Positions 36,829 through 48,182 of a stretch of 64,000 bases of DNA are shown one piece after another. A model generated the notes under the pieces. The model was given only the letters and a program-made list of their open reading frames with translations, had not been told where the DNA came from and did no database searches. The first letter of the stretch is position 1. Each line of letters starts with the position of its first letter. The translations under genes were made by a program, and so were the position numbers. Origin of the DNA: Mobula birostris (Eukaryota); NCBI RefSeq assembly GCF_030028105.1, contig NC_092371.1, forward strand, positions 212,658,031 to 212,722,030, in the 5' to 3' direction.

Positions 36829-38860
36829 TCCCAAATTAGCAATCATATAAAATATATTCAAAAAGGACAAATCAGATACAAATTAATTTGTCACTCTTCA
36901 TCTTCCATTTTATGTTGATTAAATAGACAAGTATTCCACTTACGACCAGACCTATATATTGCCTTAAACCAAAGTATGCACATTAAAAGGTGTTCCACAT
37001 CCAGTATTAGTAGTACCTGGACACCAACTCTTTATTTGCACATAAAATCTGATAAATATACTTGTTCTACACTACATTTCTCAGAACAAATATTGAATGC
37101 CAATGATCCCAATCTACAACGGTTTGTTTCCTAATGGATCAGCTATTGATATGCAGCTTAAGGTTCAACAAAATTTATATAGAACCAACACCACAAAGAC
37201 AGGCCACCCAAACGGATGTTCTTTTAGAAATATCAGATAATTACTTCTTCCTGCCTTTCACATCCACTTAACTGCTTTCAATAGCAAACTGCATTAGCAC
37301 TGCCCTTAAACGTATTAACAGTAATACAATGTTTAATAGCACCACAACTATTCTACATGGTTCCAAGGACCACATTCCATAAGGCACAGAAAACAATTCA
37401 AACTCTTATCAAATTATACCTCCCATTTCTGGCCCCACAACAATTGAAATTCTTTTCCCCCATTCCATCCTCTAGATACCACCAAGATACGCCCTCTTCT
37501 CTTTGTTACCAGAGAGGAGGTAAAGAAGCCTGTAGGCACCTACTCAATGATTCAGGTACAGCTTCTTCCCCTCTGCCATCCAATTTCTGAATGGACATTG
37601 AACCCATGACACTTCTTTATTTTACACATTACTGTAATTCACTCTTTTTTCCCTCTATTTGTTGTCTTTGCATTGTACAGCTTCTGCAAAGACAAATTTC
37701 ACAACATATGCCAATGATATTAAACCTGATTCTGAGGCCCAGTTAGATCAATCCCTGCTGACAATAATCTTTCTTAACTCTCTCAGCATCCAGGTAAGCA
37801 TTTATTGCACATATTTCCAGTGCACCAGAACCCTTTTAGAGATCATAAATCTACATTCAGACTTCGCTGTTCTTTTTTTATTCTGAAAAATAAACACCAA
37901 AGTTGAAAATCTTCATGGACTTATTAACTGTTTTATTAATGAATTTGAAAAAAAACCTCATTATACTCCATACCATTTAATGCATTTCCTTTAAGAATTA
38001 ACTCAAAGCACATCTCATACACTGCTACATTAAATTTAATGCAACTTTTCCATCCTGCTGAAACATTTTGAAGTTCTTCCTATCAACAATTTGAATGAAA
38101 ATAAATGGCATGAATAGCAAGACTGATACCAAAACTGGTGCAAAGGACAGTAAAAATGGTAGTATAGGGTTACAATAGCTGAGAAAATGGATAAAGGAAG
38201 AGTTGTTTCATCAGCTGAAGTAAAAAGTGATGCTTGTTGAGTTAAACCAGGGCAGTAGATGCACACCTGCCTACATAGGGTACAAGAGTTAGAACATAAT
38301 GCTACAGTGTACAAGACTGATGAGGTGGTACCTGGAATATTGTGTGTGGTTCCAGTTGCCATACTATAAGGATTTGATTAAATTGGGGCGGGGTGTTGGG
38401 AGAAAGGGGTGCGGAAAAGATTTGTAACGGTGTTGCTAGGACTCGAGAGCTTCAGTTACAAGAGTCTGAATAGGCTGGGACTATTTTTCTTGAAGCAAGG
38501 CGGCTGCTGGAAGTGGAAGGGGGAAGACGGGTGGTGTGACCTGATAAAGTGAGACAATTGTTACAGAAGGCTGGTCGGTCTTTTACCCAGCCTGGTAGGG
38601 TCCAAAACAAGAAGCCATAAATTTAAGGTGAAAAGCGCATGCATATGCAGTAATGCATACAGCACACAGGTGATCGTGGATATATGGAATGAGCTGCCCG
38701 AGGTACAGGGAGAGGCATGTACAATTGCAACACTTAAGGACATTTTGGGGAAAAAAATATTGATAGCAAAGGTCTAGATGATTTTGAGTTACATCAGACT
38801 AGCTCAGGAGGACACTGGAGCCAAATATCCATGACGTTTACTCCTTTTTGCACTGAGGCA

Positions 38861-38991
38861 GAGGTCTGCTCTGGGCTTCATGTCTGCGGGCTCTACAACA
38901 TTTACTCCGCTCTACTCTGAACTGAGGTCTGCTCTGGGCTTCGTGTCTGCGGGCTCTACGACATTTACTCCGCTCTATGCTGAACTGAGGT
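38861..38991 (+). repeat. 63-bp tandem repeat, two copies
   Basis: The unit GAGGTCTGCTCTGGGCTTC...CTGAACT starts at 38861 and again at 38924. Confidence 0.9.
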
Positions 38992-39762
38992 CGAGGTTCG
39001 CTCCAAGGTTAGTGTCTGAGGACTCACTTTCGTCTAAATGTTACTTGCTTACTTTTATTGTTTGCACGATTCATTAATCCCTCTCTGCACAGATTATTTG
39101 TCATTTTTTCTGTGTTATTTTGGGTTTCTTTGTTTCGTGGCTGCCTGTAAGGAGGCAACCGTCATGGTTGCATTATGTACACATATCTTGATAATAAATA
39201 TTCCATGAATTAGGTGAGCATAGATGAATTGGGTCTCTTTTCATGCTGTATAACTCCACAACTCTAAGGTATGGTCTGCCACTTGATAGCATTTCAAACT
39301 TCAAAGAAAGATTTATGGCATTAATGCAAAGTAATTAATAAAAACCAATGGTGTTCACCACTGTTCATAAAAGATTATCTTGAATTCTATATGCAGCCAC
39401 CTTTCAGCTAAATTTCACATTTCCTGATATTATGTTGCATTTATGCTAGACTCTCACATGTATAATTATCCTAAGTTTCCAACTGTCCTTTAACATTGTA
39501 ATTGCACCTGCCCCTACCATTTCCTCTGGCAGCCATCCAACTTCCACCCCAAGTAGAAACACTTACCTTTCAGGTCATCTTTCTACTTTTAATACTTCAC
39601 CAAATTCAATAAAGTTAAATATTTAGAAATTCATGTAAAGTATATTCTCAATTGTATTTTATTACTTGATGTTTTAGCAAAGGTTTTGGCATGCTTCTGC
39701 CATCTAAATTAACTTAATGGGCCAATAAATGAGCTGTCAGAGTTGATTAATTATATCAATTA

Positions 39763-40490
39763 CAATGGATTCCGGTTAATAGGGACACATCAAGACCAAT
39801 GCATTTTGATCCAATTTTGACCCTAACCAGCTGCCCAATAAACTGAAGTTTCATGGAAATAGTTAAGATATATACAAATTAATTCTAACTGTATACAAAT
39901 TATATATTTAAATGAAATACAGAACAAATTAGCACACTACAAATCTAGTTACATATAACTATTAGTTCCTAATTATGAGGAATTCATTCAGTGCATGCTG
40001 TTGTGTTCTTTTGATTGACTAAATTAGCACGAACACCTAGTGCAGACAATGAACTGCCTTTGTAAAATACTTTGACAATTGCATCCCAAGAATCTTCATT
40101 TTCATAATATTCATGATTGTTGATACTTTCAAATTATTCATAGTTCCTAACTTGAAGTCATGAAATTATTTCATTTTCACTCCCACCATTTCTCATATTG
40201 CCAAGCCTGAATGCTTGAAACTGCAGGGAGCAAAAAAATCACTGCTATTTGAACATGAACACATGTAACTGACGGCATTTTAAAGCTGTTTGCTCTAAGC
40301 ATGCTGTAGTGTCTAACAGCCACACAAGTGCACATGACTGACGCCAATTTAAAAACTGTTTTGCCACAGCATCTTGCCCCAATTAAGTGACAGTGTCCCA
40401 AATAAATAAAGGGAATCCTGGCTATTTTCTCAATTTGTCCTTTAAGACTTGTCCCAAATAAGTGGCTGCACCAATTAACCAAATCTACTG
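39763..40490. mobile_element. Tigger/pogo-like non-autonomous DNA transposon
   Basis: Imperfect TIRs CAATGGATTCCGGTTAAT and ATTAACCAAATCTACTG, with TA at the left flank. Confidence 0.6.
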
Positions 40491-41124
40491 CATTTTATTT
40501 CCTGAACCAACAAATCTCAATTTAGTTATTCAGAGAACCTTAAGTATTTAATATTGATCATATTTTACAGGTTGGTTTTAAAATGTTTTCTCATACTAAA
40601 GAGGTCTTAATGAAACACCATCCTAACTTTATACATGCACTAATCCACATTTAAATTATTTAACAATTCTACACAAACTGGGAATGTAACTGCATTTATT
40701 ATTCCTGCAGATCACCTGTCAGGAAACTGCAAGCATGCATTGGGCAATTTTCCAAATGTCTAAATGAATGAATAGAAAATTAAGTAGACAAGTTGTGCAC
40801 CCTGGATTGCATTCAGAGTCCTGTAACACATGCAATGCCCATTTATGGAATTGCCTTTTTTAAATACTGTATACTGTCCTGGTCTCTGACCAGTTCAACA
40901 ATTACTAAACCATCTGGGGCTTGAGATACAAAGCAAAACATCCTCTCATCAACAGGCCGAACATCTTTGAGACACTCCGCACGTGCTGATGTATGGACCC
41001 GACTACCAACTAAATGTGACATTTTTCAAGAGTGCCAAGGAAAGGAATATAATGAAATTTAGTTTGTGCATAAAATGTAAATTTTTCAACTGACTATTCA
41101 TGTAACTCAGTTGTCACAGGATAG

Positions 41125-41297
41125 CAAACAACAGGAATTCTGCAGATGTTGGAAATTCAAGCAACACACATCAAAATTGCTGGTGAACGCAGGAGGCCAG
41201 GCAGCATCTCTTGGAAGAGGTACAGTCGACGTCTCAGGCCGAGACCCTTCTGCCCTATGCTGCCTGGCCTGCTGCGTTCACCAGCAACTTTGATGTG
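41125..41297. mobile_element. Fold-back element, copy 4 (divergent subfamily)
   Basis: Arms ACACATCAAAATTGCTGGTGAACGCAG...GCAGCAT and ATGCTGCC...GCGTTCACCAGCAACTTTGATGTGT. Exact 13-bp TSD TGTCACAGGATAG (41112-41124, 41298-41310). Confidence 0.9.
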
Positions 41298-41581
41298 TGT
41301 CACAGGATAGGTTTTGTTGCCTTATTTTGAAGTTACTCAACTCCAGTCTGAGCACATCAAAAAATGTAGGATTGCAACACACCTCCATTTCAGATTGGAC
41401 TATTGTCTGGGGAGTATTATGGTGGCAGTGATGATGCAAACCTGTTCATATTGTTCAGAGTTGGCAGCTTTGGAAAAGAGCCAAGCCACAAAGTATTTAA
41501 AAGTTATAACACTTAAAAAAAAATCTTTTCAATAAACTGATTAGCTTAGCATTTCTACAATAAAAGTCTGAAAACAATATA

Positions 41582-42068
41582 TACTCAGTGGCCACTTTAT
41601 TAGGTACATCTACTCATTAATGCAAATATCTAATCAGCCAGTCATGTGGTAGCAACTCAATGCACAAAAGAATGCAGACATGGTCCAGAAGAGTTAGCTG
41701 TTGTTCACCAGAATGGAGAAAAAAAAATGTGATTGACTTAAACTGTAGAATGCTTGTTGTGCCAGACCAGGTGGTTTGAGTAGCTCTGCAGATCTGGGAT
41801 TTTGAGAATGGTGCCAAAAAAAAAAAAAAAAAAAAAAAAAAGCAATGCACAGTTCTGTGTGTAAAAATGCCTTATTAATGAGAGGTCAGGGAGAACGGCC
41901 AGACCTGGTTCAAGCCGACAGGAAAGCAACAGTAACTCACGTGACCACGTTACAGTTGTGGCATGCAGAAAAGCATCTCTGAATGCACAACACACTAAAC
42001 TTTGGAGTGGATGGACTACAGAAGATCACAAGCATACCTCCTGCACCTAATAAAGTGGCCACTGAGTG
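41582..42068. mobile_element. Tc1/mariner non-autonomous element
   Basis: TIRs ACTCAGTGGCCACTTTATTAGGT / ACCTAATAAAGTGGCCACTGAGT flanked by TA. An internal poly(A) run lies at 41816-41841. Confidence 0.88.
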
Positions 42069-43308
42069 TATCTTTAAAGTAGTCACCAAGTGTAAACCAT
42101 ACATCAGTACAGTGCTGAAACAGGCCTCTCGATCTTATAACACTTTCAGGTCTCCCCTCAGCCTCCACTATCTCAAAGAAAACAACCTGTTTGTCCAGCC
42201 TCACCTTTTAGCCCATGCCCTCTAATCAAGGCATCATCATAGTAAACAACCTCTACACCCTCTCCAAAGCCTCATCATTCTTATTATGTGACTAGAACTG
42301 AAAATATCACTAATAATAGTGGAATGGAGCTACAATGTCTGTAAGACTGGTTATCACACAATCTTCATTTTGTTTGATCACCACATGAAGAATGAAGTGT
42401 AGATTACAGTCCTACTTGTGAGATGGATATTCTCAATATCTCAAATGGTGTCAAAGCATTGAGAAATACTTACACTTTCACACACTTCATTATCAAAGTT
42501 TGTATTTTGCAATGTCACATGGAATCTATTGTAGGAAGCCTTTAAGTTCTTTAGCTAAGTGTGCAAAATAGTCGTGTAGGTAAGAATGCACTGTAGACAT
42601 TTGAGTAACAAATACTTTCAGAAGGGTAAAACCTCAAGGGATAACATTCCTCCTTAAATTATACAATTCTACTTGAATCCTTTGTAATGACACAATTGTA
42701 GTAATCAAAGAGCCATTACTTGGTTAAATGACTTTTAATGTTTTAGATATTCAATAATGGTCAAAAATTCAGGTTTTTGGATACAGTGAGGTGTACAAAT
42801 GTTATTTCCTTATAACTCAATAGAACACATTAAGCATAGTTTGCATTTTAAACAACCAATAAACACTTGAAATCAAAATGGTTCAATATTATGATAAAAA
42901 TTGGAACCCAAACTTGGGTCCATAACAAGTCAATTCAAGTGCAATCAAAACCTTACACCAAAAACTATTTTTCCCCATTACGTACTCACTACATGCATTT
43001 ATGTACCCATTTTGCTTTGTACTAGTGACCAAGCATTTCTTCCGCTGGGGGCTTTCAAACTAGAATTGTAAAGTTAATTTGATTAATCATTTTCCATTGT
43101 TCTACAAGTATCCAGTGTCAAAGAAGCATTAATTTATTCTTTGTCTTCCCAAAGTTGGTCTTCAATAATATGTAGCAAATGGTGGCAAATGATAAAGAAC
43201 CTGAATCCAATTTTTCCTTCCTAGTTAATTCCCAAGTATATTGAAGTTTAACAATTTTAAGACAACATCGCTCCTTGTTCCTGTACTATTTAGTTTAAGT
43301 TTGTACAT

Positions 43309-43485
43309 TACAAATGTTGGCTGGTAATTGAAACAGATTCCAATTGTATTGACTTATCAACACTAGAGTGTTCTGCTTTAGTCTGTGCCTCCAAGTCAGG
43401 ATTTATAATAACAATCTTCCATTTCTCCTGATAGTTTCATTTTCCACAGCAAAAGCAGCAACAGGCAGTGATGATTCCACACAAT
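43309..43485 (-). pseudogene. Degenerate tandem duplicate (pseudo-exon) of the cysteine-string exon plus the start of the downstream intron
   Basis: Aligns by eye with 43877-44077. Reads [14 protein letters not shown] (a 1-nt deletion creates TGA), has further small deletions, and the donor GTAAGT is mutated to ATAAGT. Confidence 0.9.
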
Positions 43486-43925
43486 GATTTGATACAACAC
43501 CACAGAGCAGAATTTAACAAACTATTTTTGCAACATCTTTTTCACTTTGTCATAAAATCTTGGTAAAATGAATTACAGCTCACTTATGGCAATGTCAAAC
43601 ACAACTTGACCATTTCAACTTTTCACACCAGCACATGAAAATGCAAAATGAATAAACTGAATCTTCCATCAAGCTTCAGAATAAAATCAGTTCACAATTA
43701 ACAAAGCAGAACACATTGTTGTAGCATTCCAAAGACTAAAGCTGCACAACTGCAACTATTTTAGTGACAATTTCAGAATTTAGTTATACAGGATGGAAAA
43801 TCTTCTGAATAAAGCCTTTTACTCAATTTCAAAAGTGTATTTTCCACTATAAATCTCAACTAGTGAAATTAAAGTTTACACATTTTGGCTGGTAATTGAA
43901 ACAGATTCCATTTGTATTGACTTAC

Positions 43926-44088
43926 CATCTTCACTAGTGTGTTCTGCTTTAATCTGTGCCTCCAAGTCATCAGGATTTATAATATCATAATCTTCCATTT
44001 CTCCTGATGGTTTGCATTTTCCACAACAAAAGCAGCAACAACAACAACAGCAGCACCCAGTGATGACTCCACAGAATACAACTAGAGC
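43926..44088 (-). CDS. DNAJC5G: DNAJC5G-like coding exon 3 (cysteine string)
   Basis: Acceptor ttgcag|GCT. Encodes [54 protein letters not shown](G), 163 nt. Donor G|GTAAGT. Confidence 0.95.
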
Positions 44089-46003
44089 CTGCAACGTAAA
44101 GAAGATTAATATGCAAGGGAATAGTTTTCTATACTCATTAAGCAAGAATATGCACAGAGCAGCCTTTAAAAATTACTACCAGAGTCTTATTTTAAACCCA
44201 CAAAATCTTCTGCAATCAGTGAGCTTCTCAGACCAAATATCGTCCATGCCATGTCATTAGATATCAAGATGTAGTTAAAATTCACATAAGGTGGTCATAT
44301 TTGAATTAAGATGGTAAAGTTTACAGTTGAACGCTAATCGAAGCATTCCAATTTTTTCTAAAAATAACCAAAATGAAATTGCTTGTATGAAAATAGAATG
44401 TTTAAACTGAACTTTCAAAAAAGGAAATTGTCAGCACCCAGAATTCATAGTATTAGCAGCATTTGAAAATCCAAGCCAGAAAGAAACTTTTGCCATTGTT
44501 TACAGACTCACAGTTAAAAAGTTTTAAGATATGTTCTATAAAAAGTTGATACACAAGGCAGAAAAAGCTGGAAGTACTCAGTTTAGAGTGCATTGCTGAG
44601 TAAAGCTGAGTCAATCTTTCAGGTCACAGATGTGAGCTGATCTGCTGATTAAATGCAGCATTTCCTCCTTTTCGTTTTAAATTTTCAGTGTCTGCAGTTT
44701 AAGTTCAGATTGCTTTTTCCAAAGACATATATACATGTTGATAAATGATACTTTACTATAGATTAATATGTTGTTAGAATGTTGAAAAGATGACTATTTT
44801 CTCTACTCAGCTCAATCCGTTTCACATTTTCTATACTCTAATCAACTCTAATATCTTTAGCTAACACCTATCCTACTGTACATTTTCTTAAACTTTTTGG
44901 TATTATTGTAGAAACTATAGGCAAGACAGTTGAGAACTCGCAATTCCCATTACATTCTTCAAAACAAAACATCCTTAGAAAATACAACGTACATCATACA
45001 GACTGAGAGCACAACGAGAGTAGTGGTGGTCCTATCACTTACATTCCATGATTCAGCATACATCACTTGTTAGACCACAACTTAAGAGCTGTACTCAGTT
45101 CAGCTCACTATATTTGTGACTGTCTGAGAGGGGATGAGAGGAGTTTCACTCTGCAAATTCCAGGTCTCTCTTAATGGAATTTGCAGGAATGAGGGATCAT
45201 AGTTATTAGGTTAGCCTGGAAAGGCTGGGGTTGTTCTCTTTGAAGCAGTGCTGAGAGGAGATTTGATAGATTACAGTGATAAAATTGAGGAGAGCTGTTC
45301 CTAAAAGACCCAGGACTGCAGGTGGACAAAAATGGTGGACAAAATATGTGAGGAGTATGTAAGTAAATACATTTTACTCAGCAGTAATGATCTAGAAGGC
45401 AATGATTTTGGAAACAAAGTTGATCAATGACTACCCTTGGGAAGATGGGGATTTACTATTTTGTCAAGAGTCATGGATAATGGAGGTCAGATATCATCTT
45501 CAATCCATTCTTATTCCTCCCTCTTCTGGCCCCTTCCCAAAGTGCTCTTCTTTTATTTTCCCTGCACTCTTACTGCTCCAACAACTACTATTAATTTTCA
45601 GAAAAAGTAAAAGCCTGAAGTCAAAGGAGGAGGGAAGAGCAATGCAAGTGTAGCAATGGAGAAAGATGAAAATGGCAAATAAGATAGGAATCAGTAAATT
45701 CAAAGCTAATGACAATAATTAAAAAGGCCAGTAATAACTATACCACCATCCACATTAAGAGGCAGAGGCAAATCAGCTTGAGCTAGGCCTGACACTAAAC
45801 CACAAAGGACAGGTGTCCATCGGTGTATAAAACTAGTGAATACCCTTAAAATTGGGTGGAAACTTTCCAGATCAGAGTTAGAAACATAGCAGAGGGTCAG
45901 GAAGTGGAAGGAATGATGGAAGAAAAAAAACTGGGTGACTTCAAGTAAAGAGAAATAAAATCCATAAGCACTATAGATTAAGTTTCCACTAAACATAACC
46001 TAC

Positions 46004-46217
46004 CTTAAACCAACACTTGTTCATCAGAAAGTAGTATTTGACACTCTCTTCTCCAAACTGTTCAGCCACATATAGTCCCATTGAGCCATACTCATCGTAG
46101 ATGCGTTTCTTATTTTCATCATTCAGAATTGCATTTGCATTGTTTATTTCTTTAAACTTTTCTGATGCATCAGGGTTGTCTGGATTTTTGTCTGGATGAT
46201 ACTTGAGTGCAAGCTTT
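46004..46217 (-). CDS. DNAJC5G: DNAJC5G-like coding exon 2 (J-domain with HPD motif, linker)
   Basis: Acceptor caattag|A. Encodes [71 protein letters not shown], 214 nt. Donor AAG|GTAGGT. Confidence 0.95.
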
Positions 46218-47564
46218 CTAATTGGAAAACAAAAGTAACAAACTTCAGAACTACAATCTGGGTACAAATAATGCTGTATCTAGAGCTAATTAAAAATTTA
46301 AAATTAAACTAATCTCCTTCAATCAAATTAAACTATTACCAGGAACACCAGTGCTAATTTTTAACAATGTTTTTATCATAGTAGGAAGAGACAAGATTTC
46401 AAGAAAATACAGGTGGTTTCTGGATTTCCATTTCAACTTTTGTCATATGCTGCAAACCTTAAAAAACATCTCATTAGTTACCCAAATGTGTGCAAATTTA
46501 ACTGCAGCAATTGCAAAACCAGTTATTCTACTATTGAGTGAACTATTGGCCCTTTCCAGAGGTGTTTCAATGAAGCTTAAAAAATATTGCTCGTCACAAT
46601 GTCAGTGCTCAGCCAGCACAAACATCCTTATAAGTAGAAATGCACACCAAGGTGACCTGCAGTTCATTTAGCATGCCCAGCCTAAACTCCTGTAGCAGCA
46701 TGCTTTATGTGCAACGTTAAACACTGCTGGACTCCCATCACTGCAGAACTGGGTGCTCTACACAGCCTGATACAGAAATATTTCAGATGCTGAGTGCACA
46801 GGCAGCAACCATGCAGCATGTACCTGTTGTTTCATGAAATCTGGTTTCACCTCCATTGATCCATTGAAAGATCTCCTCATGTAGTACTGACAATCTCTCT
46901 ACATTTGTAAGACAGCAGTAAATATGTCAAGATGGCAATAAGCTGGAATGTGACGTTTGATTCTTAACCTGTCATGCAATAGCTAGCTCAGTTCAGTCAC
47001 AGAAGCAATGATGCAATGACTGTCCTATACCTGCCAGTGGCTGAAACTATTAAACCTGGGTTTCTAAACACATTGCAGTACTTGTGAAAATTGCACAAAT
47101 CCCCAGTGTGCCAACAATAGTCAGCCTAGGACAAGACCAGACAAAATGAGAGCAGAAGAGTCAGATACAGAAGGATCTGGGAATGAGACAGAGCTTGAGG
47201 GATAAGAATAGAAGGTGGCACACAGAAGAGCTCAATAACACCACAGACAGCTGTAACATGTGCAAACGAAAGGGGATACCACACAAGTACAGGGTACGTT
47301 CAGCAAAGGATGAAGTGAAAGTGAAGAATCGGTGAAAGAAATATCCAAAGTGGAAGAAAGCATGTGAGTAAAAGAGAAACATATGGGGATAGAAGGAAGA
47401 GTGTTTGGTGCACTTGCTTTGACTGCAATCTGTATGTAAAACCAGCTTACAAAGTAGCCAGGAGATCAATTGGGTTGTGAAATCTGAACATAAACTGTAG
47501 AAGCTGGAAATCTAAAAAAGGAATTGCTTGAAACACTCAGCAGACAGACAGCTTTTGTGGAATG

Positions 47565-48052
47565 AAGACCATAAGATATTGGAGCAGACTTAGGCCATTT
47601 GGCTCATTGAGTCTGCTCTACCATTTCATCACAGCTGATCCATTTTCCTTATCAGCCCCAACCTCCTGCCTTCCCTCCTGTATCCATGCCCTGACCAATC
47701 AACAATCTATTAACCTCCGCCTTAAATATACATATAGATTTGGTTTCCACAGGTGTCTGTGGCAATGAATTCCACAGATTCACCACTCTCTAGCTAAAGA
47801 AATTCCTCTTTATCTCCGTTCTAAAAGGACGCCCCTCTATCTTAAGGCTGTGTCCTCTGGTCTTATAGACTCCCCCACCACTGGAAACATCCACTCCACA
47901 TCCACTCTATAGAGGCCTTTCAACATTCAATAGGTTTCTTCATTCTTCTGAGTTCCAGTGAGTAGAGCCCCAGAGACATCCAACGCTCCTTATATGACAA
48001 GGCTTTCAATCCCAGAATCATTTTCGTGAACCTCCTTTGAACCACCTCCAAT
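47565..48052 (-). mobile_element. CR1 3' fragment
   Basis: AAGACCATAAGATATTGGAGCAG end; closely similar to 1975-2445. Confidence 0.85.
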
Positions 48053-48182
48053 ATATCAAACCCAAGAAAGAAAACTAGTTATTTTTAAACGAAGAATATG
48101 GAAGAACAATGAACAGAAACAAGAGGAACCTTTCTTTTATGGCAAGGCCAGGATTGTCTTTGGGATAAGTTGTAAAGCTCAC

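Noticed and set aside
38861-38991. Repeat array resembling CRISPR
   Set aside because: A head-to-tail tandem without unique spacers in a eukaryotic intron, with no cas genes.
45151-45186. 12-bp stem hairpin CTGCAAATTCCA/TGGAATTTGCAG
   Set aside because: An isolated short stem at the edge of a decayed CR1 fragment, too short for a pre-miRNA.
47003-47045. C/D-box-like ATGATG...CTGA
   Set aside because: Too short, imperfect C box, no terminal stem, and antisense to the host intron.
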